From positions 29,576,001 through 29,640,000 of the forward strand of contig CM119371.1 of assembly GCA_051294905.1 (NCBI GenBank): a stretch of 64,000 nt of DNA, in the 5' to 3' direction. The notes under the pieces were generated by a model, which searched no databases, was not told where the DNA came from, and saw only the letters and a program-made list of their open reading frames with translations. Origin of the DNA: Botryllus schlosseri (Eukaryota). Shown piece by piece: positions 34,585 to 47,907 of the stretch. The position numbers and the translations under genes are program-made. Position 1 is the stretch's first letter; every line of letters begins with the position of its first letter.

Positions 34585-35691
34585 CAGGGGTGGGCAAACT
34601 ACGGCCGGCGGGCAGCATGCGGCCCGCAACACCGTTCTGAGCCGCCCGCGAGAGTCTTAAGAAACTTGTCGAAAATATTGATGAAATGCGTACAAAAAAT
34701 CGAATTAATGCAAGGACTTGATGAAACTTGTTCTTAGTATATTTCACCATGATAATTCTGAGGCAGTCGTTTCCAACCCCCTCCCCCCCAATCAGGGCGT
34801 GAAAGCATCTGAATTGGGGCACGAAACTGAGCTCAACTGAATCCAATTCATAATTGTTGCTCTGTATTTAGTCTGAATTTCTTATTTGAAAAACTCCCAG
34901 CGACAGTCCTTACCTTCCATTCCGGCAAACTATCCGTTAGGTTTGCTAGCATCCTGGTTGTGTTTTGTGATAGAACGATAAAGGCAGGGGGGAGGCGAAA
35001 AGGGGGCGTGTCCTATAATGTTTGAGAACCACTGTTCTGAGGTAAATACTTCCTATATTTTTTTATGTTTAATTTCTGGCGCGACAGCCCGATCTCAAGG
35101 CCCACGCAGTTTTAAAGGTTTCAACTGCTAATCATCACGAAAATCCTAAACGAGACTGGCATTATTCGGATCACTAGTATGATTTCAGTTTGACCACTTC
35201 AGTTTTAATTACTTCAGTGACGTAGTTATTAAAAACGATTCACGCTTGTCTTAGGTAGATTCGTTCTCTGAATGCGAATAATTAGGGTATTTATGTTTTA
35301 TCTATCATAGTAGAAGCGTGTTTCAAGCTAGCATGCTTATGATACTGTCAGCATTGTATGTCCTGGAACTGAACCAAAAGTGGAATTAGTAAATCTATGA
35401 ACAGATCGGTTTTCACAGATTTAAATTCCAATTTTTTTCTAAAAATCGGGATAACCGACTTTCATCTCTATAGTTTCGACAAATTGGTTATTGAGGTAGA
35501 CCAGCCGATGAAATCTTGCCACTGTTTCTGACACGTGTACGATATCGTCAAATCAATGTTTGTTTTGATTCAAATAAGCATATGTATTACCTGAATGTCC
35601 TCCCTTTATAATCAAATACCAATATTGCGCTTTTGTTTATAATTGCAATTTTATATAGTGCGGCCCGAAAATGGAATATGGTTTACGCCCC
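34585..35691. mobile_element. Charlie/MER5-like hAT MITE, degenerate right end
   Basis: Left end CAGGGGTGGGCAAACTACGGCC with GCGGCCCG repeats; right end GCGGCCCG...GGTTTACGCCCC; no TSD recovered. Confidence 0.5.
34764..35034. mobile_element. hAT MITE (271 bp)
   Basis: Ends CAGTCGTTTCCAAC / TTTGAGAACCACTG, perfect TSD TTCTGAGG. Confidence 0.85.
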
Positions 35692-35800
35692 ACATGCTAG
35701 TTCTTTTCGGCACCAAAGAATAAGATATCGTATAAGCAACATCGACTTTCGCCCGAAAACAACATTGATATATTCTGGATTATGCACGTTGAAGAATCGA
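35691..35800 (+). pseudogene. 3' remnant of a sixth ZNF paralogue
   Basis: cacatgctagttcttttcggcaccaaagaataaga matches the ZNF-C end (40071-40105). Downstream SGLCTLKN resembles the ZNF-A end SGVGSLKN. Flank 35789-36057 is paralogous to 25051-25332. Confidence 0.75.
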
Positions 35801-36057
35801 TGCACGAGGCCGCTTGCTCGGAATTCGAACCATTTGACGTGTATGTGATTTGAGGTTCGTGAGAGATATGCTGGATGGTTGATATGGTCGATTTATGATG
35901 ACAACAGTTAGTCACGTTCAAACGTAACGATGTGTGCTATGTTTAAGTATGGTTTTCCGCGTTCATTACTCTGATATTTATTTCCGTCGGCGTCATGTTT
36001 TCAACATGACGTGTCGTAATTTTTCATGATAAAATAGATTGCATCTATACTCTAGAC

Positions 36058-36989
36058 CAGTGGTTCTCAACTGGGAGTCCGCAAATCATTTTCAGGGGGT
36101 CCGCTTAACCTCGAAATTTGCAGAATGGCTGATGATGAATACTCTAATTTTATATCGGAGAAATCACGACGCAGTTCCGTTCCATTACTACTAAAACTTT
36201 GTAACTCACATAAACAGAATGACTCCCTGAGATGAAATATTCTGCTCTGCAAACTCATTTTGATTTTCAAATTGCCAATAGCCTGATGGTACCAACATTT
36301 TGCTTTTCAGAGATGTTTTGTTGGAGTTTTGGAAAAAAATTATTCGAAAAAAATTTTCTCCTGTGATATGCATAACCGCTGCACCAGATTCATTACACTA
36401 AACTGAAGAAGCTCCATTTTGGTGAAATATATGTTGCCATCACACCCAAAGGTGTAATCGGAAGCGTTGCATGTTTTATTATCACATTCGCCACCAATAC
36501 TGGAAATGGATTTTTGACACTCGTTCATAGCAAATAGACTGCGCGGAGTTATAAGAGTGGGTTTAACAATACTTTAAGTATAAACTGAGCAGTCAACACA
36601 ATGACTTGGACTCGAGTCATAATACCATGACTCGGACTCGAACCTCTGCTCCATTACTTGGACTCGGAATTGACTCGGTGGTGAATAGAAAATGACTCGA
36701 CTTGACTCGAGTCAAATCCATAAAAGTGTGAATGACTTGTGACTCGGAGCTTTGCGACTTGGTTACAACCCTGCGTCTATCACTATCCTGCAGTTGAATT
36801 CACAGGATAGATGAAGGTTTGCTCGATAATAGAGCTAAATTTAAGCTGAAATATTTGGGATACGCTGGGTCCGTGACGGTTCAAAAGGGGTCCGCGAAGA
36901 TAAAAAGGTTGAGCGATGATATTATTTTTCGAACCCACGACCTACCGCTCGAGAAAACGGAAGCATAACTATTACACTATCTCGCACTC
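36058..36989. mobile_element. hAT element of the 32166 family with a nested GACTCGAGTC MITE fragment (~36545-36773) and a SINE head fragment (~36925-36987)
   Basis: Left TIR CAGTGGTTCTCAAC; TSD CTCTAGAC at 36050-36057 and 36990-36997; internal similarity to 32166-33014. Confidence 0.7.
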
Positions 36990-37067
36990 CTCTAGACCTT
37001 TATATAGTTTTTAGTGCACCAGACCTTTCACGGTGATATGTGCCACTTCATTTTTTACCCTCTATAA

Positions 37068-37260
37068 CAGAGGCATCAAACACGCGGCCAGCGGGATTAG
37101 AGTTAAGTATTACTCGCAGCGCATACCCAACCTAGGGTTTCCGCCAGATTACGACAAGAACAAAGGGGACATGGAAATATGCCTGGTTATATCGTCGTTA
37201 GAGTCAATGTTTTAATGGTATGAATACGGCCCGCAACGCAAGTTGAGTATGAGAACACTG
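37068..37260. mobile_element. Small hAT MITE
   Basis: CAGAGGCATCAAAC...GAGAACACTG with GGCCCG-type subterminal motifs; 6/8 TSD CTCTATAA/CTCTAGAC. Confidence 0.55.
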
Positions 37261-39044
37261 CTCTAGACGTTTTCTCAACTATGAGAGAATGGTGTCTCGA
37301 GACCGTTAGGTCGCTTTAGTTGAGTGGTGTGAAACCTAGTAGGGCGGGACCATCACACTCCCAGATTTCGGCACTGGCTGTAACTTCCACCAACATGTTA
37401 ATTTCAAAGTGATTGCATATACTTTCAAAATGAGATCCTATAACATGCCCTTTTAGTAACCGCATCGTTTCATAAAATGATCGAGGTTATTCATTACACT
37501 GGTCGGTCATTATCAGAGGGTACAGTATCAGGGGTCACTTATAAGTCATAATTTCGAAACCTCAGAAGAGCAACGCACTAGCCTATATCTCATGCGACTG
37601 CAATCGCCGACAGCAGCAAGCTACATCCCCAAACGTGACACTAACTAAAGTTGGTTTAGATACACGGCTTCTGCATCCCGTGACCGTTGAAATCGACGAG
37701 GTCCCTCTTGGCAGAAAACCGCGCAGTCGGCGGTAGCCTAGTTATCCATCGTCAGACGAAGCTGACAGCTACCGGATGTTGTTGAGGTGAACAAGTCGTA
37801 GCTGCGATACGCTCCAATTGCCGTTAAGGACTAGTTCTCTCCGCAGTCCATATGTGTCTTGGGTCGACGTATACTTGTAGAAGAAAACGCTCGGTCGCTT
37901 TGGGATTGGAACTGGGAAGGCACTTTGAAAATGTAAGAGTGGCAGTAGTTTGGTGGATCCAGGCATCATCTGACCAACATCATAAGATTCTTGTTGGAAA
38001 TGAGTATGTTAGTTTCAGAGAGGTATATCTGGAGATTTTATTTGATATGTAGGCCTACGCCACATTGGACAGGTTATTTCCGGTTGAAATATACGTTGTA
38101 GACCACGCGACGCGTTGTATGTAAAAAGGAAATCGGGATCTGGATAATAATTAAATAACCTTTCAGAACTGATTTCCTCTGGACACGTTCAATCAAGAAG
38201 TTGTAGAGTATATATGGAAATCCTTACTCTTCTATGCCTGGAGCGTGAAATTATTCTCACTTGTGACGAAATAAAAAGCAGCAAATACTACCCTGGCTGT
38301 TTCAAAAGTTTAAACAACATTCTACCGCAAATTGATCACGATAATTATTTAACAAAAACATATTAATATAACTTAAATTGCACCGTCTCACCACATGTCA
38401 GTGCTATGTAGCGGGACTGCAGCGTTATACTCCATTACCTGACTATTGAACAAGTAAACTCGTATTCCCTGTATGCGAGTATAGTTCAACTAATTATGTA
38501 TAACTTCATGTCGATATATTTACTGCATATATTTGGTAGTATAGTCCACGTAATCAGTGAGATTATTCAGACTGTATTTATTTTAACGATGGCCACTCGT
38601 CATTGCTAATATGACAAACGTAGAAGTCGTATAAACGTACTTGTATAAATAGAAGACGACAAATGAAGACGAAGCATCATGAAAGGTTATAATGTCAAAC
38701 CTGCCCTAGCGCGACTTCGGTGACCGCCATTTAAATGATCGTCGTAAAATTCAGATCAACCTGGTTGACAGGTGCAGATTTCGATAATACATAATACAGC
38801 TCAAACTTTTGACTCGACTAGCCTACGTGGGTCTACTTTCTACTTCGCATATGGGTCCTCGAGAAAAAAAAATATGTCTAACCCGTGTTCTATGCCATGC
38901 TGATTCAGAACTGGCTTTCTAGGATATAATGTCTTAAAACCAAAGGTTTGATGTTTATGCAGCACCATTTTTTTGCAAAAATTGAGATAGTCTTCAACCT
39001 AGCCTATTTTATCTAATTCCGTCACTTCAACATCTATCGCAATA

Positions 39045-40103
39045 ATGGATTTTCATAGGAAGCTATGTTATGAAGCGCAATGGCGGCGTCACGTCTGCGA
39101 GATATGTGGCAAGGAACTAACTACCATGTACAGCTTGCAAACGCACTTGAAGATTCACATCGGAGTGAAAGACCATGTGTGCGATATATGCGGGCGAACG
39201 TTCCGTTCTAAGGGTCAGGCGAGACAACACAGGAAAATACACACTGGACGTAAGGAGTGCATGTGCGATATATGCGGGAGAGCATTCGTTTACGAGTGGA
39301 CTTTGAGAAAACACCGGAAAACTCACTTTGCACGCAAGGAATTGAAGTGTGAAATATGCGGGCAAGCATTTTCTCAGCGGAAGATCAGTATACGACACAT
39401 GAAAATTCACAGCAGACCGGGAAATTCCGAGTGTTTTACGTGCGGTTTCGCATTTACTGAACGGCATGACCTAACGAAACATTTTCTAGTCTCCAACAGC
39501 GATGAAAAACATCAACGCGACATCTCTAAAAACCAATTCCGTTGTGAATCGGTTCTCAAATACCGCGCTTTGATTCATACAGAAGCAAGAGAACATAAAT
39601 GCGAAGTCTGCGGCAAGGAGTTTCGTCAGAGGCAGGATTTGTATACGCACGCTTCAGATCATTTGGATCTGATGAAGTATGGCTGTGGGATCTGCGGAAA
39701 AGTATATGCAGCGAGCTATATCCTGAAACAGCATATTTCAAGGACTCATACCCAGTTTGAGCAATATCTATGCGAAATATGCGGAAAAGCGTTTTGTGTC
39801 AAATCTGATCTAACGCAACATTCACTGGTTCACATCGACTCAAAACAGCATTCCTGTCACATTTGCAACAGGGGGTTTCACAGTAAATATAGTTTAAAGT
39901 CGCACTATCGAATTCATTACGACATCAAAATGTTTCAATGTGAAGTATGCGCGAAGGAATTTCGTGATAAAGCACATTTGAGGTCGCACATGTTAATTCA
40001 CTTGGATGTAAAAGACCATAAGTGTGAGATATGCAGCAGAGAGTTTTGTCATAAACGCACTCTAAACACGCACATGCTAATTCATTTCGGTACCAAAGAA
40101 TAA
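39045..40103 (+). CDS. Tandem C2H2 zinc-finger protein ZNF-C, 352 aa, 12 units (10 intact)
   Basis: ATG start, 17-aa leader. Units 5 and 6 lack Zn ligands (HFLVS; RDISK...YRALIH) but keep the 28-aa register. Confidence 0.85.
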   Translation: MDFHRKLCYEAQWRRHVCEICGKELTTMYSLQTHLKIHIGVKDHVCDICGRTFRSKGQARQHRKIHTGRKECMCDICGRAFVYEWTLRKHRKTHFARKELKCEICGQAFSQRKISIRHMKIHSRPGNSECFTCGFAFTERHDLTKHFLVSNSDEKHQRDISKNQFRCESVLKYRALIHTEAREHKCEVCGKEFRQRQDLYTHASDHLDLMKYGCGICGKVYAASYILKQHISRTHTQFEQYLCEICGKAFCVKSDLTQHSLVHIDSKQHSCHICNRGFHSKYSLKSHYRIHYDIKMFQCEVCAKEFRDKAHLRSHMLIHLDVKDHKCEICSREFCHKRTLNTHMLIHFGTKE

Positions 40104-41342
40104 GATGTGATGAACCCGGCATTAGGTGTTCACTGTAAATCAAGTTTAAAGCCTCGCGCATCGATTCATTCTGAGTTGAACGTAGCAAAGATTAATAATA
40201 TTAGTAGCATTCTAAAAAGCAGTAGGTAGGTAGTGCTCATCGCTCGTAAGGATGTAGTGCGCCTCGGTCTGTAACTGCCCTTAGACACTTTGTAACATAA
40301 TATTGCTGCGACTGATCAAATCAGGAAGTCCCATGCCCGATATTCAGAAGTTTATTGGGAATGAAAGCGTCATTGACAATTTACGCCGTTGGAAAGTTGA
40401 CATTATCAAGGCTGCGGCAACAGTTAACTTGCTTGTGATGGATAAAAGTTCTTTTACTAAAATGGATATTTAAAAAACCGTTACACAGACATTGTAATTA
40501 TCATATCTGTGACTTTTCATTCGATTGATAAACTACGTGGATTATATTTTCATGTCACATAAACACTCTTGTGTGTGTGCAATTTGTAAGTTAATTTCCA
40601 ATGATGGGTACCTTGCGATGTTAGTGACTAAATGTCCGTACTGTGATACGTATGATCGCAGATATTGTGTACAGAGTTTATCAAATAACTGGAAAAGCGT
40701 TTTGATTCCTACGATCTCGACGCTATCGTCATCAGTGCTACGTGATATCTCTGACATTTCAATTACTACAAAGTCGATGTGCAGCCCGGAGTTTTCATTG
40801 TTATTCATATCTGGCGCGTTTTTTTTAACGATTTACACCCACTCCAGCTCTATTAATTGTATATTTGACATAGGCCTACTTGGGTACTCTTCTCATGAAT
40901 CGTCGCTAAATAGTATTGGAATATCAGTGTATGTCTTTCGCGGACGGGATATTCCGAACTTCTCGTCGTCTCGCATCTTCTTGTGTTCGACGCTATATTA
41001 CATGGCGTCACCTCATCAATTTCAGCATGTGACATTTACTTGTGCATGTCTTCTTTTATCTATTTAATAATAATTAGATCAAGATGTACAAAAGTGTGAC
41101 CTCAAGCGAGCAAATTTGTGGTAGCAATTTCGCGTTGCATGAACAGGCTGACTGAAATTCGAGTCCTGATTGTTATGATACGAGTATAGGAATGGTACCT
41201 ACAAATCCAGTACAGCTGTTCAATTCCCTTTTCACTCGAGCTTGGAGTTGAGAATGCCATTCGAATATCACTCATTATGATGTTTATTTTTTTGTGGTAT
41301 TTATGGGATTTGTCGACTTCTATGGTGACTAGTCATTTACAC

Positions 41343-42261
41343 TAAGGATGGTGTGAGCGTGAGGTTCACGTTCGCGTTCTGTGTGTGAACCTCGGAAATT
41401 TCGAGGTTCACGTTCACAACAGAATCTTGGTAGGTTCTGCAATGTGAACCTTTTTCATATATATTGCAAGTTTCACTTCATTATAACTCATTTGGTTCAC
41501 ATTTATTACATTTGAACTGCGAACCGCTCTATGGATGGCACTGGCAGCATAAACAATCAACATCTTGACAATTTCAAAAATTTAAATTACTTTTTAACGA
41601 AAGTTTGGTCGAAATATCCAGCTTTCCGTTTCTGAATATTTAGTGACTCTCTTCTGTGAGCTTGACCGGCAATCACATAATATCAAGAGCGAAATACACT
41701 ACATGTACAAAGCGAATGTTGCTTATTCAATCGATATCGTTTTCCGATGTAAAAATCTAGCAAACTTACGGGGTCAATATTGTCTTCACATGTTTCATGT
41801 ATCATAAAAGTCAAACCCGTACGATTGGGATGTTGGCTATTGCTGCAGTGCATAACTTGTCAACGGAGTAATAGCGGTAGCAAGTATAGAAACCCGTTTT
41901 ACACCCGCAATATCCATGTAGCTTATATTGCCTGGCAAGTCCTCGTAGAAATTGTTGGCAAAGCGACGGAAGATATTGATTTATGGGATTATTATATCAT
42001 TTGATTGCCTCAGTTGATACATTTAGCGACGTTTAAAACGTCAATATGTACTTCAGCATTGTGCCATTATGTGGCCCGAGTCGTCGCTGGGTATCGAGTA
42101 CATTAATATAGGCTATCACATCATTGAAATAATACATGGTTGGAATTAGCAATAGGACGTCAGATGAAGTCATGAGGTTCACGTTCGCGTTCACACAGAA
42201 CCTTTCAAAAAGGTTCGCGTTCACACGAACCTGAACCTTTCAGAGGTTCACACCATCCCTA
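41343..42261. mobile_element. Non-autonomous hAT element (TAGGGATGGTGTGA family) inside the SINE
   Basis: TIRs TAAGGATGGTGTGA / TCACACCATCCCTA, perfect TSD ATTTACAC (41335-41342, 42262-42269). Confidence 0.92.
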
Positions 42262-42475
42262 ATTTACACAAAGCCGATATTCTTCATTGTTATTCCGTAA
42301 CTGCCGACTTATAGCACGTTCCACTTCAAGGCTTTTTGTAAGACACCGCTTACGCGGATGAGGTGACGAGGAGGAGCCTAGATAAAGCTTCAACACTTGG
42401 GTATAGAAATTCTGAAGTCGACATCCGTTAGACTCGAACCCACAACGCATTGGTGTTGCAGCCGCGGATTATACC

Positions 42476-42495
42476 CAGGGATATATACATCCCTG
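42476..42495. mobile_element. 20-bp hAT micro-element or excision relic
   Basis: CAGGGATATATACATCCCTG flanked by perfect 8-bp TSD ATTATACC; absent from the other SINE copy. Confidence 0.8.
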
Positions 42496-43158
42496 ATTAT
42501 ACCACTGCACTATCTCGTCACCTGTGATGTTATAACAATTTCAAAGAAGTACTGTTTAGCGACGACACAAAAAGCAGTCCGTCCCAGTTACGCAGTACAC
42601 TAAATATATTTAGATATTTTTTCGATCAGACGTATTTAATTGCGCTCTGTGAGAATGTTGTGGAATGAACGCTATTCACGTTATCGCAGGTTGTATTACT
42701 TCACAAAGTTATTGTTTACTCCTTAACCAGCGTTTCTGTGTGATTCATGTTTGGATGCTGCGTTGCAATCGATTTGATTTACCTAGATACGAGTCCAGCA
42801 TCGAGACTCAATTTTAGATATGTGACATCCAACACCTCTTTCCTTACAGGAAGATTTTATCAACGAGAGTTCGCGTGTCAGTTAATCGATTACTTTTCAA
42901 TTCGAGATTCTCAAAAACATGATAAATTCGCGCGACAAACACAGCCTCTGAAGCAATAATCACAGGGACAGCCGAAAAGACTAACCATTATTTGTAGAGT
43001 GCCTAAGAGTCCGCGGGACAAACGAAGTGATTTTCTTCATAAAGCTAGGCGCACCCGTCAGAGCAGAATCAATAGTGACTATACGCGGTGCTGAGTGGAT
43101 ACTACCCGATTATCGATTCGCCGATGTTATCGAGTTAGGAGTATCAGAGTCAAGTGTG

Positions 43159-43260
43159 CCTGTTTGATGCTGGGGGATCAGACCAGTTGACCTTCACGGT
43201 CGCATCGATCAATTCTCTCTGATACCGAATACTGTGTATGCATATCTTCTGTACCACCAT
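43159..43260 (+). repeat. Unclassified interspersed repeat (second copy 54443-54551)
   Basis: About 100 bp similar by eye (cctgtttgatgc...actgtgtatgcatat..tctgtacca). The second copy ends in (CAT)n, suggesting a retroposon 3' end. Confidence 0.6.
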
Positions 43261-43520
43261 AATTGCCGTCTGGTTTTTATGTATCTTGGTTGGATGAAAA
43301 TAACGACTGTCTCTCTCTCAGCAATTTTCGCGGCAGTAGGTAGGAAAAGACGTGTAGTCTACGTCCACAAGACTTGGAATATTTCCATATTTCTTATTGC
43401 CGAAAGGTTTCCAAGTGCAGCTTTTCTAGTGTATTTGATGCCCAATCATAGCAACGGATGGAAAGGTGTTCATGTTCAAACTTATACTCTGGCGTTTTGG
43501 AAATATACGTTGATCTAAAT

Positions 43521-43921
43521 CCATGGTTCCCAACGCTTTACAACTCATCGCGCCATCAACAAGCTCGAAACGGATTTTCGCCCCGATATAAAGGACATAC
43601 AAACGCGAAATTCATTCGCCTAACTCTGATCGCTGGTGAATTGACTGAAAAAATAGGAAAAAGTCACTTTTACGAGTAGGTGCTCGGAATACGGGTGTCC
43701 GCGTAAACTTACCATTGAGCGAAGTTCTTCTTTAGTCAACTTTCAAACCATATGCAGAATAAGCTTTCATCACTTGCACTTTTGGTCGTCCCAATTAAAT
43801 ATAGCCCACTGGACGTTCTAACATTCCCCCCCCCCCCCCGATCATGCCATTTGGTATTTTCGCCCTCTTGTTTCTCAAAATCGGTCATCGGTGGCGATAT
43901 CACCCACGTTGGGAAGCAATG
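43521..43921. mobile_element. Older hAT MITE related to 12485-13774
   Basis: CCATGGTTCCCAACG / CGTTGGGAAGCAATG ends, TCGCCC repeats, 6/8 TSD. Confidence 0.6.
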
Positions 43922-45089
43922 ATCTGTATCCCATTTATAATCAATATGTATACTGAATCTATCGTCGTTATCGGTGACGGTGCTAGTTATCGGATATATC
44001 GGTGTCGGCTCAAAAATCCGAGACAGGCCGGCCTCTAGAGTTGACCAAAACATAGCCATTATAATCATGCTTTTATAATTCGCTGGCCTGTGTGTCATGC
44101 CGGAAAGGTCATTTACAGTGTACTAATTCTGATTCAGACATCGGGAAAATATAGCCACAACGTGAAGCGAAACTACTTATACCAATGATTCTAAAACTGT
44201 CCGATAGTAGAAGCGATTCATCTCATCATCAGACCTAAAATTCGTAAAATCCGTGAACCAATCATAACGGAACTACGCTCCAATTCCCCCATCAGAAATC
44301 GGAAGTTCTCTGTAATCCTAATGTGCGTTAGGTCAGAGTATACGTGCCGAGTTTAAACGCTAGTTATCGTCTTAGCGTTGTGATTTGAAAGTTCCAAGGA
44401 AATACAAGAGTGTCAGTAATAGCGCATTTGATATATCAAACATACCGAGATTAATTCTAGAAACGCATCATCATAAAGGTCACTGGTACCACGATGCCCG
44501 GCTGCGCAATATTCAGGGTTCGTTTCAAGGTTGTTGGCAGGTGTGAATTACAATAATACGGCCACTGTGGAATATTTTCTTATGTGCTTTCGTTGCTCGT
44601 TTTACAAGAGAAAGCGCCAGCTTACTAAATGAGCGTGAGCAACAACGGCTTGGAAACGAACAAGAAGTAGCATCCTAATGAGCGATGGCAATCAATCATC
44701 AAGTAATCTAATTATATGTGGGATAGTAGTAGCAAGAAATGTAGGTTTTCAAGAAATAGTACATGGAATTACAAACGGAAGAGAGATCCATGAAAATTAT
44801 TGAAACGATGGATAAGAGTGCATTAGTAACGAGTAATTACAACATCCCTTGTGTTTCAATGCAATGGTTATGTCGTTGAATTGCGTCTAAATAGTCATTA
44901 ATCTCGAGACACCTATATGGCTGCGTATTTTATCTAGATAATAATACTCTTGCTTGGCTTGGAGTCTGGAGTTTTAAATTAGGATTGCAGGAAAGATGTG
45001 AGTAGACTGCTAAGATTACGTCACTGCTGTTTCAACTTTCCAGTTAAACGAGCAGTCCCTATAGATATAGGTATAGATATAGGTATTGA

Positions 45090-45898
45090 CAGGACCGTAA
45101 CTGCCGCACCCCAAGTCCCCCAATTGGGGGGAACAATCTCGAAGAGGGCCCGAAATTATTTAGTGAATTAGCATGAATTATAGAGCATTTTATAAAATTT
45201 TATGCAACTTTTTCAATTTTTTTCGCGCTGCGCGCGATTTCAAGTTTCCACGTACCTTCATTTTTGGATACTTTTCCCCCAAGATAAAATAAGCAAGATT
45301 TATAGAAGTGGGCATATCGGCGTTGGCTATTACCGCGTCACGACGCACGACGACATATAAAGTTTTAGGCCATGCGTCTCCAAGAAGTGTGCCAGAACGA
45401 CCGACAGCGAGAAAACCTTGGCCGAAAAGGACTGCCCTTACGCTGACCGGAAACTTCGTTATGTATATACAAAATACATATAGGTATAATTGACCATAAT
45501 TGGTTTATCACCCTATTGGAGCTCAAGACCTAAGTGTTTTGACAGGCCTGACGAAGTGCTGTTTCGTTCCTGCCAACAGGTATACGCCCGAAGATGTTTA
45601 ATTAATATTGAGTGGCTCTACCTATTCAAACACAACTCACTCGGCTCAACCGGTCAATCTGATTACGTGAGGAGAGGGAGGGTAAAAATTGATATCAACA
45701 TATTTTCAATTCCCGATTATTTGACCGATTCGATCATGAATTATAAAAAATTTTCGCGCTTGGCGCGATTAGTCGAGAGAAGCTGCTTAAAATGGACACC
45801 CGATTTAGATGATAAATAGCGGTAAACAGCCATCTAGCCTGCGGGTGTCAAGAGCAACGTTTGGGGGGGGGGGCTGACGAAATGCTGTTACGGCCATG
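45090..45898. mobile_element. hAT MITE (CAGGACCGTAAC family)
   Basis: TIRs CAGGACCGTAAC / GTTACGGCCATG, perfect TSD GGTATTGA. Confidence 0.88.
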
Positions 45899-47383
45899 GG
45901 TATTGATAACTAATTTACGGATATATGTGCAACAAGTGCCTCACGATTAAATACGCCGAGATGCGTACTGCTTAGCCGGCAAAAAACAGCATAATTGGTA
46001 GTCCTATAGCTCGCGACCCAAGCGTCCGAATAATTTGATATGACGGTGTTTATCGAAAGGAGGTGTCGCACTGATTCCAAAAATACGAATTGAAATCTCG
46101 CCAGGACAATAAAACTACTCCGAAATAGCCAGGAAAGGTTGATTGTTCTAAACAACAGGAGCGCGGCAACACAATGGCCAATGGCGTCAAGCGAATGATC
46201 GGAACAATGCGAATTTTCATATTTTGGTGACTATTTTGGGTTCCTTTCATTGCCGTGGTATTCGTGCGGCCCCGACCGTACTCTGAAATTCTAAATTTGG
46301 CCCTGCCACCGAAAAAGGTTGGGAACCACTGCTATAGATCCTTATCTGATTGCCTAGTTAATAATGCTTATTTCGTGGAATTGCGACGTAATATAATCTC
46401 AGGAAGGAAAGGATGCAGCTTTGCCTCCATATTGGTGTTCTCTTTCGCTGTTATCAAAGCAGAATGTGCATTATGCATTGTACATTGTGCACTGTGCAGT
46501 CATACTTCAGTGATATGCAGCTGTACTGTAGGGTTATATACGTCACCAACTATTAGCAGTGAAACGTGCGAAAGCTCTCTCGTTATACGCGAGCAGTTGG
46601 TCAGAGTATGATTTATGTCTATATATATTTTTATATATATATTCTACGATCGTATAGTCAACTTTATAAGCGGGATTATGAAGTCGGTATTTATTTAGAG
46701 GATGACTGACCATATTGTTGATAGGATAAATCAAGACGGCGTATGAACGTACTTATAGAGACAGACTATGAAAACGGCAAATAATGGGAAGTTATGATGT
46801 TAAAACTTGCTAAATGCGACACAATTGTCGCTGATATTCACATAGTTTAAAGGTCATATTAAGACCTAGGTCGCTCTAGGAGGCAGTGTGGCTTTGAATA
46901 TGCTGTCAATAACTTGAACGAGTGAAAAGTGTTACTATAGTCACGCGATTTCTCTGTAATAGTATCGTAATATTCAGGCTTTTATTGATATAGGCCAGTA
47001 CATGCTGCTCAAAGTTGACAGTTGAAAATAGGTATGAGCATTAATTTAAGCCGTTACTCTGTGCTGTAAATACATTATACAGAATTACGTTCCAAAAGTT
47101 AAATTGCGTTGATCAATGATCTGGATTACTGATTCACTTATCAAGTCAAGGTGTGAGACATCGACTAGCATGCCAATATTTCCCAGATGAAAGACTTACC
47201 TACGGGCTGCGATTTAAGACCCTGTAAATAAGATGGCCAGAATTGTATCCCTTTGCAATGACACCGTTACCTCAGCTCCCCCGCTCATTTATCATTTCTG
47301 AGTTCTTAATAAATTCCTTGTCAAGAGCATCATAAGTAGTTACTGCAGTGAAATGATGTTTGCAATACTTCGGTACTATGAAC

Positions 47384-47907
47384 CAGGTTTGTAATGACTC
47401 GAGTCATGACTGGACTCGAGTCAGACTCGTATCACGATTTTCTGGTGACTCGACTTGGACTCGAGCCATTGCGCATGGCTCGAACCAAGTCATATGTATC
47501 GAGACTCAGACGGCAAACACCGACCTTTCATTGTAATTTTGAAGATTAGTAGAGTAACCGCAGTATTGGGGTTTCGTCCATTGGTACTTGTACTTGAAAA
47601 TGCGACCAGAAACTGGTAAAAATTAGAAACATTAGTATTTTATAAATGCAAATCATTCGATATCACCAAACAGAGTTATAAAAAGTCGGTTTAGAAGACT
47701 TTAACTGGAAATTTAGCAGTCAACACGGTGACTTGAACTCGTGCTTGAGTCATAGTACAATGACTTGGACTCGACCCTCTGTTCGCTGCCTTGGACTAGG
47801 ACTTGACTCAGTGGTGAGTGGAAAATGACACGACTTGACTCGAGTCAAAACTATAAAAGTGAGATTGATTTGGTGACTCGGAACCTTGTGACTTGGTTAC
47901 ATCCCTG
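47384..47907. mobile_element. hAT MITE with GACTCGAGTC subterminal repeats
   Basis: TIRs CAGGTTTGTAA / TTACATCCCTG, perfect TSD CTATGAAC. Confidence 0.9.

Larger units (their letters stand above)
41281..42521 (-). mobile_element. Second tRNA-derived SINE copy, split by a hAT insertion
   Basis: 42262-42521 is the reverse complement of 31514-31742; 41281-41342 matches the 3' end of the 31514 copy. Confidence 0.85.

Noticed and set aside
40525..41067. 180-aa plus-strand ORF and acidic minus-strand ORFs
   Set aside because: TTG start, no recognisable domain, and stops in the acidic frame; cannot support a gene call.
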